64,000 nucleotides of DNA from Leucoraja erinacea. Lineage: Eukaryota. Shown in pieces: positions 23,363 to 36,309 of the stretch. Under the pieces are notes generated by a model. That model saw nothing but the letters and a program-made list of their open reading frames with translations, had not been told where the DNA came from and ran no database searches. Both the position numbers and the translations under genes were made by a program. Every line of letters begins with the position of its first letter. Within the stretch, counting starts at the first letter, position 1. Location of the stretch: contig NC_073388.1 in the NCBI RefSeq assembly GCF_028641065.1, forward strand, positions 37,820,001 through 37,884,000, in the 5' to 3' direction.

Positions 23363-24214
23363 ACCCATCACCACTCCACTGGGCTGTCCCTGATCTGAGG
23401 ACCATCCAGTGTTGGGATTGGAAAGCAAAAGATGTTGAAACTCTGGAAAAGTTTAGCAGATGAGATGCAAGATGTACCAGAATGAAGCCTCCTGTCCTCA
23501 CATACACTACGTGACCCGTTGTGTATTTAAAGGATTCTCTTTAATTCAGATTTCACTCCTCCCATTCGCGATGTCAATGGGTGATGGGGAATCTTCAAAT
23601 TGGTGCATTCCCATGTCAAGCAGTCAGGCCTGGTATCCTGTAGACACAAGTTAACTGCAGGTTCTGATTTATAAAAAATGGAATACTGGAGTAAATTGGA
23701 TCCCATATGAATCCTTGAAGAGAGAGCCCAGCTTTACACTGCAGGCAAGATGTGTCAAAGACCACATACATTGTGGGTTAAAGGAGATGTGGGGTCCTGG
23801 CTTTTCCAGTGTTGGATGCTGCTTACGATGTTGGAGACAGATAGAATAAGAGTCTTTCAGATCGGCACATGGATCAGTGGGGAATGGAAGGAAATGGATC
23901 ATATGTAGGCAGAGATTACTTTAACCTGGCATCATGTTTGACACATACATTGTGGGTTGAAGGGCCTGTTCCCTTGCTGTATTGTTCCATGTTCTATCCA
24001 CTGAGAGAAAAAATATGCCTCTCACTGTCTCAAATGGGCACTCTGTCATTTTTACGCAGTGAAGCCTTCCATCCATCCAGGATCACCCAGGAGAGGAGCC
24101 AACCTTTCCTCATCCACTCTCTAAAAGACATCTGAGGATCTTTTTCTTAAACAAGATACCAATGTTATACACAGTGTTCTAGATGTGGTCTCACCAATGC
24201 CCTATATAACTGTG

Positions 24215-24452
24215 GCTGCTGTCTGTACAGAGTTCGTACGTTCTCCCTGGGACTGCATGGGTCTTCATTGGGTGCTCCGTTTTCCTCCCACAACATTCAA
24301 AGACATGGAGGTTTGTAGTTTGATTGGCTTCGGTAGGAGTATGTAAAATTGCCCCTAGTGTGAAGGATAGTCCTGGTGTATGGGGTGATTCTGGTTGGCA
24401 CGGACTCAGTGGGCCGAAGGGCCTGTCTCTGCGCTCTATCTCTAAAGTCTAC
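24215..24452 (+). mobile_element. V-SINE, 5'-truncated
   Basis: gggccgaagggcctgtctctgcgctctatctctaaagtct tail. Confidence 0.75.
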
Positions 24453-24554
24453 ACTGAAGTATAACTTTTGTTTTCAATTCTCCTTACAGTAAACCATAAC
24501 ATTCAGTCATATTTTCTATGTAGTTCTCGTTCTGTAACTAGCCTACAGGAGGTA

Positions 24555-24632
24555 GACACAAAATGCTGGAGTAACTCAGCATCTCTGGAGAGAAGGAATG
24601 GGCGACGTTTAGGGTCGAGACCATTCTTCAGA
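24555..24632 (-). mobile_element. Short Penelope-tail element with hammerhead motif
   Basis: Minus strand gtctgaagaatggtctcgaccctaaacgtcgccc; 13-bp TSD cctacaggaggta at 24542-24554 and 24633-24645. Confidence 0.7.
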
Positions 24633-24948
24633 CCTACAGGAGGTACAAAAGCCTGAAGTACCACACCACCAGGTTCAAGAACAGCTACAACCGTCAGGTT
24701 CTTGAAACGATCTGCACAACCTTAATCCTACCCTGGCAACAGAACACTACAAACCACCTCTTGCACTACCATGGACTTGTTTACTGAATGTGTATCATTG
24801 CATTAACGTCTTGTTTTACTTTGCATGGTCTTTTTCTTTTCACTGTTGTCAAATTTATGTATAATGCATGTTGTTGTGGGTTGTCTGAACCTATGTGCCT
24901 GTGATGTTGTTGCAATCAGGATTTCATTGTACCTGTTTCTCACCTGGA

Positions 24949-25507
24949 CAGTAAACCCTTGCAATAACACTTGCACAACGGACAACATCTCCAGGAGAGG
25001 GGGGAGATGTTGTCCGCTATTACCGATTGTCCGGTATAACCAAGTGAAGGGATCAAAGTGTCACCCAAGGCCAGAAGAGAGGAAGGGTGTTGATGGGGGG
25101 TTAAACAAGTGGGATGGGATCTCTGCGGCTGGGGAGCCGCAGAGATCCCGGTCCCACACTCTGCGTGCCAGAGATGGACATGGAACTTACGCCTCTTTCA
25201 TGTCACTCGGTTTTCTCCGCTCCCGCAACCGGAAGCTCCCGCCATGTGGCACCAGCTTGTTTGGTAACTGGCAGAAGTTGTGGGGGGGGTGGGCATGGTA
25301 CAAAGGGAGACTCGGTCTGCTATAATCAAAATCTGCTATATGAAATGGTTTATACCAAAGAGAGACACAAAATGCTGGAGTAACTAACAGGGTTAGGTAT
25401 CATCTCAGGAGAAAAATAATTGGTAATGTTTTGGGATGGAACCTTTCTTCAGACTCTAAATAGACTATATCCAGTATATAGAGGTCTGTTATGGCCAGGA
25501 TTTACAG
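24949..25507. mobile_element. Tigger/pogo-like (Tc1-mariner superfamily) MITE
   Basis: Ends cagtaaaccct / aggatttacag, flanked by ga/ta, splitting a Rex1 tail (cacctg-TA-cttgtgcgtatgacaataaac); subterminal gtccgctattac / gtctgctataat repeats. Confidence 0.55.
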
Positions 25508-26259
25508 TACTTGTGCGTATGACAATAAACAGGGCCCGACTTGACTTGCCTGGATGTCTCCTGCATTTGCTATTCGATTCAGTGGTGTCTGATTTTTACG
25601 GCTCCTGGTTGAAATTTTAGAAAGCTAAACCACATCCTGCAGATGTTTATGAATGATGTTTGGCTTCAGAAATCGATGCTATGGGTTCCATGTGAAGGGG
25701 CTAAGCAGAAATGTTGCCCCAACCCACCATGGATCAACCTCTCCAAGGATTTAAGGTTGGGAATGCCACCGTACCTCACTCTCGGCAGCCAAGTCCATCA
25801 CTGGGTTTTGGGGGGTTTGAGGCACAGACAGAGAAATTGAGATTTACATTAAAGAAAAGAAGAAGATAAAACAGCTAATGGATTCTTAAAAGCCCTAAAA
25901 GCTTTTTATGAAACATCAATAGTTATTCCAAAGGGAATTCTGCCACATGCAATTTGTTCACAGGCTCCTACTAAAAGGCACCTTTGCATGAATTATGCTG
26001 TGTTTCCTGCCTTGTTTCCACAATAACAACCTGTATTTGTGTAAAATATTGCATAGAATTTCCTTTCCTGAACCTCTCCACCATTAATACACGTCCTAAA
26101 CCATTCCTTCATCGCCAAATTTCACCTCACTTAATCCTAACATCTTGTTTGGTAACACTCCAACAATATTCTATGGGATATTTTACCACATTGGAGGCTT
26201 GAGATAACTAACTCTAAAGAATTGTTGTTGAAACAGGTGAACATCACAAGGTCATAGCC

Positions 26260-26990
26260 ACAAAGTAACATGGCGTGGAAACAGGCCCTTTGGCCCTACT
26301 CATCCATGCTAACCAAGTTGTTCCATCTAAACAAATCCCAATTGCCGGTGCTTGGCCCGTATCATATAACCCTTTCCTTCCCATGTTGTTATTGTACTTA
26401 TAAATGTTGTTATAGTGCCTGCCTCAGCTGTTTCGTTTGGCAGCTCGTTCAAAATACCCATCACCCTCATACTGTGCGAATAAGTTGCCCCTCAGGTTCC
26501 TATAAATTTTTTTCCCTCTCCCCTTCAACCTACGTCCTCTAGTTCTTGATTCCTCTACCATGGGAAAAAGACAGCGACCATCCACCTTCCTTATGCCACA
26601 GATGAATGTATACACTTCTATTCGGTCACCCCCTTAAACGCCAACACGCCAGAGAAAAAAGTCCCGACCGATCCAACCATGAAACCCAAGCCCTTGGGTC
26701 CTGGAAACATCCTCATGAATCCTGGGGGAAAAAGGCTGTGCATTCACCATACCTATCCCTCTCATGATTGTATACACCTCTATTAAGATCGCCTCTCAAC
26801 CTCCTGGACTCCAAGGAATAAAGTCCTATCTGCCACATCTCTCTCTATAGCTCAAGCCCTAGAGTCTTGGCAACATCCTCGTAAGTCTTCTCTCATTTCG
26901 AGATAAATGGCATCTCTCCTATTGCAGAGTGATCGAAACGGAACACAGCACTCTAAATGTGGCCTCGCTGACGTCTGGGACAAGTTGTAC
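26260..26990 (-). mobile_element. CR1 3' fragments (family sharing its tail with the V-SINE), internally duplicated
   Basis: LFPMVEESRTRGRRLKGRG; tail ggaaacaggccctt. Confidence 0.7.
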
Positions 26991-27289
26991 AGGTCAAAGC
27001 ACATGGGCTCTTGAATTTCAAGAGAACAAACAGAACACTGAATAACACAACAATTCCTGCATTCAGATTCTATCGTGGCAGCAAATCAAGTCAAGTCAAG
27101 AGTGTTTACTTGTCATATGCAGCGGATACGAAGCAGAATAATTAAATTCTTACTTGCTGCAGCTTTTCAGGCACATCAAACATAACAACAATAAATATAG
27201 AATAAACTAAGGAAAACTAGATCTAAATAGTGCAAAAACCAAAGCACTATGAGCAACCATGGTGGTGTAAAGTATCAAGATATAAAGTG

Positions 27290-27810
27290 GCAAGATCAGC
27301 CTTTTTGCTCATTCTAATAGCTAATCCAATCTCCATTTGGACAGCTGCCTTCTTGCACTGCTCAATTCTTCTGGTGAGAAGCAACCACGGTGCTGCCAGG
27401 AAGGGGGCTCAAGGATTTATACCATGAAGGACCTGTCATTTATTTCCGTCAGGGCTGAGCGTTCCAAGGGGAACCTGCAGGTGACGGTGTTTCCTTTTGA
27501 AGGCCGCTCTTGTCCTTCTTGGCGCAAGAGGGTTGTGCGTGTGGGAGGTGCTGTCAGAGTAGCCTGGGTGAGGACCTGTTGCGCATTTATAGATGGCTTA
27601 ACTGCAGCCAGTGGGCACTGTTGCTGGAGGGAGTGAATGTTTAGAGTGGTGCATGGAGGGCAGATTGAATGGCCTACATTGCCCTGAATGGTGCTGACTA
27701 TCGTGAGAGTTCTTGCAGTGCCATTGATTTAGGTAAGTAGATATTATCCCATCACATTCCTTGTGAATGGAGCAAAGGCCTTGTGGTATTGGTGATGTGT
27801 CACTCTAGAT
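27290..27810 (-). mobile_element. Ancient CR1/L2-group LINE 3' fragment
   Basis: Resembles a shark LINE recalled from memory (ggagggagtgaatgttt, tattatcccatcaca); a related plus-strand piece at ~53290-53560 gives RKFDTMQDKA. Confidence 0.45.
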
Positions 27811-29389
27811 GTAGATTCTATGCTGGGATTATTTAATTTACCATAAATCCAAACTCAGTAATAGGAAATGTAAGATCTTGCAAGCATTGATGCACAGTGA
27901 GACCTTGGGGCGTGGGTCCATAGCTCCCTGAACGTGGCATCACAGGTGGACAGGGTAGTGAAGAAGACATTTGGTAGGCTTGCTTTCATAGGGCAAGGCA
28001 TTGCGAATAAGGCATCATGATGCAGGTGTAGAAAACATTTGGTCAAACTGCACGTTGAGTGTTGTGTGGAGTTCTGATCCTCACACTGCAGGAAAGATGG
28101 AGGGAGGAACTGAAGAGCGTTGCCTCATATAAAGGGCTGTAGCTCTGAGGAGAGATTGGATTGTTCTTACTGGAGCACAGGAGGCGAGGGTGAACTAACA
28201 AAGGTTTATAAAATTAGAATTGGAGGGATATTATGATTAGAAGGAAAATTTGTTTTAGAGAAACATGGGCTAAAAGTGGGCAGGTGCGACAAGCGTAAGG
28301 ATGGGTCGGCATGGGCAAGTTGGGCCGAAGAACTTGTTTCCATATTGTATAACTCTATGAGGGGAGTTGGAAAAATATTCCGAATCTTTTGTACAGGACA
28401 GAAGCGCCAAGAACTAATGAGAAGGGAGATTGGAGAAGTTCTGAGAGGTACGTTTTTCACACAGAGGGTGTTGATATATGGAACCAGCTGTCAGAAGAGA
28501 TGGAGGAGGCTGATAAAATCACAGCACTTTAGAGGCATTTGAGCAGGTCTTTGCATAGAAAATGCTCTTTCTGCATTGTAAAGAAATTTGAAAGCAATAC
28601 CTCGAAGTGAAATTGTCATCTGTGTGAGTTTCTAAGTTTAGCTCCTGGGAGAAAACGTTTGAAGTACCATTTCTTTATTGTTGTTCACAGCCTTAAAATG
28701 TACAAGAATGTTCCACAACCAACAAAGTAGTTAGGAAATGTATGCAGTGTTGCCTGTGTGGAGAATTGTAACAATGAATTAGCATAAAACCTGGCACCAA
28801 GTGCCAGAAAAAAAGATCTGGAGCATAACATCAACCTGCACGCTTGGAGCTCATAACTCACATTTGTCTCGCACCAGCTTTGTGTTGGGGTTGAGGGGGT
28901 GGGGGGGGGAGGTCGGGTGGTTGTTTATTTGCTGTGGTCACATTCCTCAAGCCATTTGAGTGGAAAAGGTTGCCCCTCAGGTCCCTCTCGCCTGAAACCT
29001 ATATTCTCCTGTTCTTGATTCCTCTACTCTGGGTAAAACATTGTGATTCGCCCTATTTATTCCCCTCATGCATTTATACACTTCTACCAGATCACCCCTC
29101 AGCTTCTTGCGCTCCAGGGAATACAGTACTATTCTGTCCGGCCTCTCCCTATAACTCCGGCTTCGAGTCCTGGGAACATTCCTCTAAATTTTCTCTGCTC
29201 CCTTTCTAGTTTCATGACATGAAGAAGTGACATACAGTACATCGGACTGCCAAACAGATTCTAGATCACCATGGACAAAAATAACACTGAGAATAACATT
29301 GCGGAGGGTTCTGAGCTGGGGAAAGTTATTTCTGGTCATGGAAAGATCGGAAAAGGGTGTCATCAATTACTTGCTGCTACGACAGTAAG

Positions 29390-30400
29390 TTCGAACTCCA
29401 TCATCAATTTCGCTGACGATACCACCGTCGTGGGACGTATCACTGATGGGGACGAGGCAGAGTACAGAAGTGAGATCGTCCGACTGACCAAATGGTGCCA
29501 GCACAATAACCTGGCCCTCAACACCAGCAAAACCAAGGAACTGATTGTGGACTTTGGAAGGGGGAGGATGGGGACCCACAGTCCCATTTATATCAACGGG
29601 TCGATGGTGGAAAGGGTCAAGAGCTTCAAATTCCTGGGCGTGCATATCTCTGAAGATCTTTCCTGGTCCAAGAACACTAATTTGATCATAAAGAAAGCAC
29701 ATCAGCGACTCTACTTCCTGAGAAGATTACGGAGAGTTGGAATGTCAAGGAGGATACTGACAATGTCAATGTCAGAATGTCAGTCCATCATCGGCTCTGA
29801 CCTCCCGTCCATCGAGGGGATCTATCACAGTTGCTGCCTCAAAAAGGCTGACAGCATCATCAAGGACCCACACTATCTGGGCCATACACTCATTCGGAAC
29901 CTTCAGGTAGAAGGAAGGAGCCTGAAGACTACAACAACCAGGTCAGATGAACACTTCCCCACAGACATCAGACATTAAACTCGGCTCTGACAAAAACTCT
30001 GAACCATCCATAATCGAGGGGATCTATCACAGTTGTTCTGCCTCATATTTAAAAGGTATATGACACACTGATCATCAGGACCCACATGTGTCTGGTGTAT
30101 CTAAAGCAAAGGGCCATACACATCATCTCTTGAACTGTTACCTAAATCATTTTGTTGGTGTAGATCAGATGTACAGAGAGTCCTGAAGATTGCAATGAAA
30201 TAATACCATGTTGTTCTTAGAGTTGAATAGCTCTCTTCCCCACAGACTTTCAGAGCCCTATTAAACTCGGCTCGGACAGGCAAAACTCTGAATTAATCCT
30301 TAATAGAACCCATAATCTGTTTATTTGCGCTTTATCAGCTTATTTGTTCATGAATACTTATGTTTGTATAAATGTTGTGTACAGATATATTTAGAGGCTG
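29390..30400 (+). mobile_element. Rex1/Babar-type LINE fragment with a garbled, duplicated 3' end
   Basis: NSIINFADDTTVVGRITDGDEAEYRSEI...NLALNTSKTKELIVDF...KKAHQRLYFLRRL. Confidence 0.85.
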
Positions 30401-30487
30401 GTACAATGGTATATGGACCCACAGTTTGCTGATCTGTTCAGTATTCCCGTCTTGCCCGCTCTCTATCTGGTTCTATGTGTACTAAAG

Positions 30488-31432
30488 CATAACTACAGTT
30501 CAGCCTTCAACACAATAGTCCCCACCAGACTGGCCGGGCAGCTACTGGAATTGGGGCTCAACACCTCCCTGTGTGCCTGGGTCCTGGACTTTCATGACAA
30601 GTCAAGATGGGAGGGCTTCACCCTGAGCACAGGAGAGGGCTGGATCAAATACACACATGACTTTGCTTGGTCAGCTCCAACTCAATAATTAAGTTTGCTG
30701 ATGAAACTGGTGCCTGAAAATCAGATGAGATATCAAAAGCAGAGATCTAGTCTGGTGCCAGGAGCAATGCAATGAGAATATCATACTTTAAGGGCACATT
30801 CTTCTACTCCATAGAGTATGATGGGATCCTGTGGAATGGAACTGTTTTAAATCTCTGTTCTGTCCACATCTCTGAGGATTTACAATGGTCATCACACGCC
30901 TTCTTTAGTAACTAGGCAGCCCTTTACCACCTCAGGCACGTGAAAATCAGAGTGTCTCCGAGGATCTTGCCTCAGGGAAAGCATCTTGTCCGGGAAATGA
31001 ATATTCTCTGCCAAGGTGAAGGCTCTGCAGAGGTATGTTTTGCACTATGGGAACTTCACTCACCCCCCCCTATACAACAGGAGGTGCAACTCAATGAAAA
31101 TCATAAGTCCTTGAAATAAGAACTAAGTCCGGGTTCCAGCCACTACGGTCAGGCAAACGCCTCCGTTGCCATGCAGTGAGAACGGAGAGGTTGAGAAGGA
31201 GTTTCTTCCCAGAGGCAATTCGGACTGTAAACGCCTTTCTTACCAGGGACTAACTGTACAGAACGTTTTTCCTTCTATTATTTATTATGTAAAATAATAT
31301 GTGTGTTATGATTGTGTTTATAATTTGTTTGGTTGTTTTGTTGTTCGCGAGCATTGCCACTTTCATTTCACTGCACATCTCGTATGTGTATGTGACAAAT
31401 AAACTTGACTTGACTTGACTTGACTTGACTTG
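30488..31432 (+). mobile_element. Heavily deleted Rex1/Babar LINE
   Basis: [33 protein letters not shown]; aagtttgctgatga (KFAD); (ACTTG)n tail at ~31403-31432. Confidence 0.7.
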
Positions 31433-31785
31433 ATATGCTGGGTACCATTGGATCTCCTGCCCCAGCCTTGCCTGTGGGGAACGCACACAGATTGCCTCCT
31501 GGTTAAAGTTGATTTCACCTAAAGTCCAGCTGTTGCATTCGTCAATGCCAATACAGGAGACATACAGAGTCATACAACATGGAAACAGGCTCTTCAGCCC
31601 AACTTGCCCACACTGACCAACATGTCCCATCTGCACTCATCCCACCAGCCTGCATTTGATCCAGATCCCTCAAAACCTGTCCTAGCCATGTACCTGTCTT
31701 AAACATCGCCATAGTACCTGCAATGTGCAATAATATCTTGACCAGGCGGAATGTCTTGGCACACGGATAGTTGAGAGATCAAGCC

Positions 31786-32700
31786 CCAGATCTGAGGAAG
31801 AATGTGCTGGCATTAGAGAGGGTCCAGAGGTGGTTTACGAGAATGAATCCAGGGATGATTGGGTTAATGTATGATGAGCATTTGACAGCACTGGGCCTGT
31901 ACTCTCTGGAGTTTAGAAGGATGATGGAGGACCTCATTGAAACTTACCGAATAGTGAAAAGCCTGGATAGAATGGATGTGGAGAGGATGTTTCCATTAAT
32001 GAGAGAGTCTAGGACCAGAGTGAACAAAGCCTCAGAATAAAAGGGCATGTCTTTAGAAGGGAGTTGAGGCGGAATTTATTTAGTCAGAGCATGGCGAATC
32101 TGTGGAATTCATTGCCAGACGGTTGTGGAGGCCAAGTCTTTGGGTATTTTTAAGGCAGAGATTGACAGGTTCTTGGTTAGTAAAGCCCCTGTCCCACTTA
32201 GGAGACCTAAACAGCAACCTCTGGTGACCTTGCACGCCACCCAAGGTTTCCATGAGGTCACCGGAGGTTTTGGTCACTCTCCCTAATGGTCGAAAGTGGT
32301 TTCCGCATGGTTGAGGCTTCATTTAGGTTTCTGCTATTTTTTCATCATGATTAAAATCGGCCTCAACTAAAAATAAGTTGCCGTTTTAAAAATCGATCAT
32401 TATTTTGTCACAGGTCTAGTCGAAGCAGGTTTTCTTCATAGTCGAGCAAGGTTTTCAACATATGCGTGGGAGGTGGTAGGAGGTTGCAGGTCACCTCGAC
32501 CTTGATTTTTTTTTTGAGTGGCGGGCAAGGTCACCAGAGGTTGCTGTTTACATCTGCTATGTGGGACAGGGGCATAAGGGTATCAGGGGTTATGGGGAGA
32601 AGGCACGAGAATGGGGTTGAGAGCAAAAGATAGATCAGACATGATTGAATGGCGGAGTAACTCGATGGTCCAAATGACCTATGACTCTTGAACTTATGAA
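31786..32700 (+). mobile_element. CR1 LINE 3' part interrupted by a MITE
   Basis: LRKNVLALERVQRWFTRMNPGM...LGLYSLEFRRM. Confidence 0.85.
32184..32574. mobile_element. PIF/Harbinger-like MITE inside a CR1
   Basis: TIRs gcccctgtcccactta / tatgtgggacaggggc; TAA TSD restores the CR1 sequence ttag-taa-gggtatc. Confidence 0.8.
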
Positions 32701-33360
32701 CTGTCTCTTGAGACATTGTCCGTAGCACCTGCGAGAGGACCTGACTTGAATTGAATCTGGGGTTGCCTCTTTCAGTTATCAATGCAAAGCACAGGGGGTA
32801 TGGAAGCCTGAAGTCCCACACCACCGACTTCCTATTAAATCTTTCCCCTCTCACCTTAACCCTATGTCTGCCAGTTCTTGATTCCCCTAACCTGGGTAAA
32901 AGACTAATCAGGTGCATTCAACCTATCTATTCCCCCTCATGGTTTTATACACCTCTATGAGATCACCCCTCAACTTCCTGCATTCCGTAGGAATAAAGTC
33001 CCAACCTGCTCAACCTCTCTTAATTGCAAAGGGCCTCGAGTCCCGGCAACATCATCATAAATCTTCTCTGTACCCTCTCCAGTTTCATGACATGAAGAGG
33101 TGACATATATCTGACTGCCTAACAGATTCTGGATTAGCATCGATAGATAATGTGGCCAATTAAATTGCCATGGGTTCTGAGGTATTTCATGGGGGAAAAC
33201 TCTTTCTGGTATTTGGAAAGCTCATAAAAGGGTATCACCAACATCTTGCTGCTGAGACAGTAAGGAGAGAGGCTACAACTATTTGGTTCTTGTACAGTCT
33301 GCACAACCCTAATCCTACATCAGCAACAGAACACTATGGCCCACCACTTGCACTACCATG

Positions 33361-33487
33361 TCTGAAGAAGGGTTTTGGCCCAAAACATTGCCTATTTCCT
33401 TCGCTCCATAGATGCTGCTGCACCCTTTGAGTTTCTCCGGCATTTTTGTGTACCTTCGATTTTCCAGCATCTGCAGTTCCTTCTTAA
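33361..33487 (+). mobile_element. Short Penelope-tail element starting at the hammerhead motif
   Basis: tctgaagaagggttttggcccaaaacattgcc...gcatctgcagttcc; 9-bp TSD actaccatg at 33352-33360 and 33488-33496, inside a Rex1 3' tail. Confidence 0.7.
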
Positions 33488-34094
33488 ACTACCATGGACT
33501 TGTTGTCCAGTTGTGTTTTGTATGAATGTCTCGCTTTTTTTGCACAAACTGTCTTGTAGAATTTATGTGCAATTTATGATTTTGTGTATCGTTTATGTGC
33601 CTGCGATGTTGCTGCAACAAGATTTGCCATTGTACCTGTACCTCACGTACCCGTGGGTATGACAGATTCAGTGGTTCACAACATGATCTGGTGTCTTTCT
33701 TAAATAAGTAACATTTATATGAACTTATAAGTATTCATGCCTCATACAAAATATCTAGGAAATGTGCTCAAAATGACAATAAAATCAACAGGATAATGGC
33801 GCATTCATGTAGCTACTGAATTTTAGAGTGGTCCAGAACTCACTCTCTTTTTCTGGAAACCTTCCTCAAGGTAATAGTTTTCCTCTAACATTCCTACTGC
33901 CTTATCTAAATATTTCAGTAAATGTGATTGTGGAACATATGGGAATCCATGGCACACCATCGATTTGCATTTATTTTAGCTTATTTATATGTGAACACTT
34001 GACTTCCAGTGCAATACTGTGGCCAACTTTGTTACGATGATATACTAGATGCACAATCAGGATAAACGTACTGAAATATGTAATAGAACTAGTG

Positions 34095-34296
34095 GAGGCG
34101 CAAGAAAGTGCAGACACTGGAGTTTTGAACAAAACACACAGTGCTGGAGGAAGTCAGAGGGTCAGATAGCAACTCTGGAGGGAATGGACAGACAATGGTT
34201 TGGGTTTGAAGAGGGTTCTGATCTGAAACGTCGCCTGCCCATTCCCTTCACAGAGGCTGCCTGACCCGCTGAGTTTCTCCAGCACTTTGTGCTTTG
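34095..34296. mobile_element. Palindromic Penelope-tail element
   Basis: Inverted arms cacacagtgctggaggaagtcag / ctgagtttctccagcactttgtg; flanks atagaactagtg / atagaactaatg. Confidence 0.6.
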
Positions 34297-34761
34297 ATAG
34301 AACTAATGCCTGACAGGAGAGACGTTTTCACGGTCTCCAACTCAACTAATTATAGAGCTCATTGCAGCCAAATAATGAGAATATAAAGTAATTCAAGCAT
34401 CATATAAACCAAGTATTGAAAGTAACGTCAACACTGTAGGACTTCTCTCAATGTAGATTGATTAAAGAATAAAATGTTAATCTGAAATGTTACATTAGAA
34501 AATCATTGAAACATTTATACAGAAGTACATTTATAGCTCAACAATTGAGGGGTTAGATTTTAAAATGGCATAGATGATGGCACAGAATACATTAACGTTT
34601 ATATCAGTATATTCAGACAATGTCAGGTTGCAAACCTTCTCAATGCGCACTGATTGCATTAAACCACTCAGTCGCCGTGGTGAGAAACAGCAGGATAATA
34701 ACACAGTACTTTCATCAAAACCGAGCAGAATTAGTTTTAAAACAAACTTTCTTCTTCAAAG

Positions 34762-34923
34762 ATAGACACAAGATGCTGGAGTAACTCAGTGGGTCAGGCA
34801 GCATCCCTGGAGAAAAAGAATAGGTGACGTTTCGAGTTGGAACCCTTCTTCAGACTGAAAGTAACTCCAGCATTCTGTGTCTATCTTTGGTATAAACTAG
34901 CATCTGCATTTCCTTCCTGCACA
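34762..34923. mobile_element. Short palindromic Penelope-tail element carrying a hammerhead motif
   Basis: Inverted arms (gacacaagatgctggagtaac / gtaactccagcattctgtgtc); exact 14-bp TSD tttcttcttcaaag at 34748-34761 and 34924-34937. Confidence 0.75.
34823..34857 (-). ncRNA. Minimal hammerhead ribozyme-like motif with intact core
   Basis: Minus strand: cagu CUGAAGA a GGGU-ucca-ACUC GAAAC GUC acc. Confidence 0.6.
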
Positions 34924-35424
34924 TTTCTTCTTCAAAGCCTTGGTTCTTGTTGAAACAATTACTTTCCCCCAGGTCCTAACCTGGAGCTTGGTCACTCAGA
35001 GCAAAGGTTTGGTGAAGGACTTGATCAGAGTATAAAAGTGGATAAATGTATGCCACTGTTGAAAACCTAGATCCCCGCGCTCCTATGACATTTTATACTT
35101 AAACCTACTGGACGTAGTGGGACTGTATTAATTAGTTTTATAGCGCGCGAGTTGACATTTCTTGAGCACTGTAGGGACCTTCCAGAGAGATAAATTATAG
35201 AGGCAGGAACAGCTCACATTACTTACTGTACGCTGTTATGTAAGCACCAATTAATTCAAAAAATAAAATCTTTTCAATCTGCGTTTCATTTCCTGACACA
35301 TTTCATAGAAGAATAATGTTTTTCCTTGTAAAATCAACAATGTTGCTGGTTACTTCGTAGAAACAAGAAGAAGGGACTTCAGATTGAAGAAGGGTCCCAA
35401 CCCGAAATGGCACTTTTATTTTTT

Positions 35425-35730
35425 ATTTTGAGATACAGCACGGAAACAGGCCCTTCGGCCCATTGAATCCATGCCGACCGGCAATCAACCTGTACACTAG
35501 CACTATGCTACACACTAGGGACAATTTATATAATTTTTTTACCTAAGTCAATTAATCTACAAACCTACCTGTCTATGGAATGTGAGAGGAAACCAGAAAA
35601 CTAGGAGAGAAGGCAAGCAGTCACAGGGAGAACGTAAAAACTCCAAACAAACAGCACACATGGTCAGGATCAAACCCAGGTCTCGGGCGCTGAAAGGCAG
35701 CAACTCTATTGCTGCAGCACTGTACCACCC
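35425..35730 (-). mobile_element. V-SINE (HE1-like)
   Basis: gagatacagcacggaaacaggcccttcggccc tail plus head. Confidence 0.8.
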
Positions 35731-36309
35731 CAAATGCTGGCACCTAGCCATGTTCACCAGGAATGCTGCCAGACCCACAGAGTTACTCTAACACTTTGCG
35801 CATTGCTAATTTCTTTAATCAGTTTGGGACTCCCATCCAAGTTAACAGCAGCTAACAATTCAGAACATGCACATTGAAATGTATCACTTTCATGTTGTAA
35901 TTGTGAAGTTAATGGGTCAAAGCAAATTTAGTACAGGAGTCCATACAATCCAGGAAGCCTGAGCTGACACTGTGAAAGAACTGTCCAACTTGTTACACTC
36001 CCTGCTCTTCCCTACAGCCTAGAATGCTTCATTTCCCCTCTCCTCTAAACCTCATTGCAAGGTCCCACTGAAGCAGCCAGGGCATTCCACTTCAATGAAA
36101 CTCGACTTCTTCCCATCGCAACTCTTGCCCTTTTGCTCATGACTGCATGCTCACAATATTACAAATAAATTACATCAACACCAGAAATTATTAAACAAAT
36201 CTGAATATCTAATGATATGATTCATACACAGTGTGGCTTCATGGTTTTCCGGGTATATTAATGAGGAAACAGGGTATAGAGGGCAAGAAACAAAACGGGT
36301 TAAAGAAAA

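Noticed and set aside
24979-25149. Pre-miRNA candidates in an FGF13 intron (mammalian FGF13 hosts mir-504)
   Set aside because: Stems are short for a pre-miRNA, lie inside a MITE, and I recognise no mature miRNA sequence.
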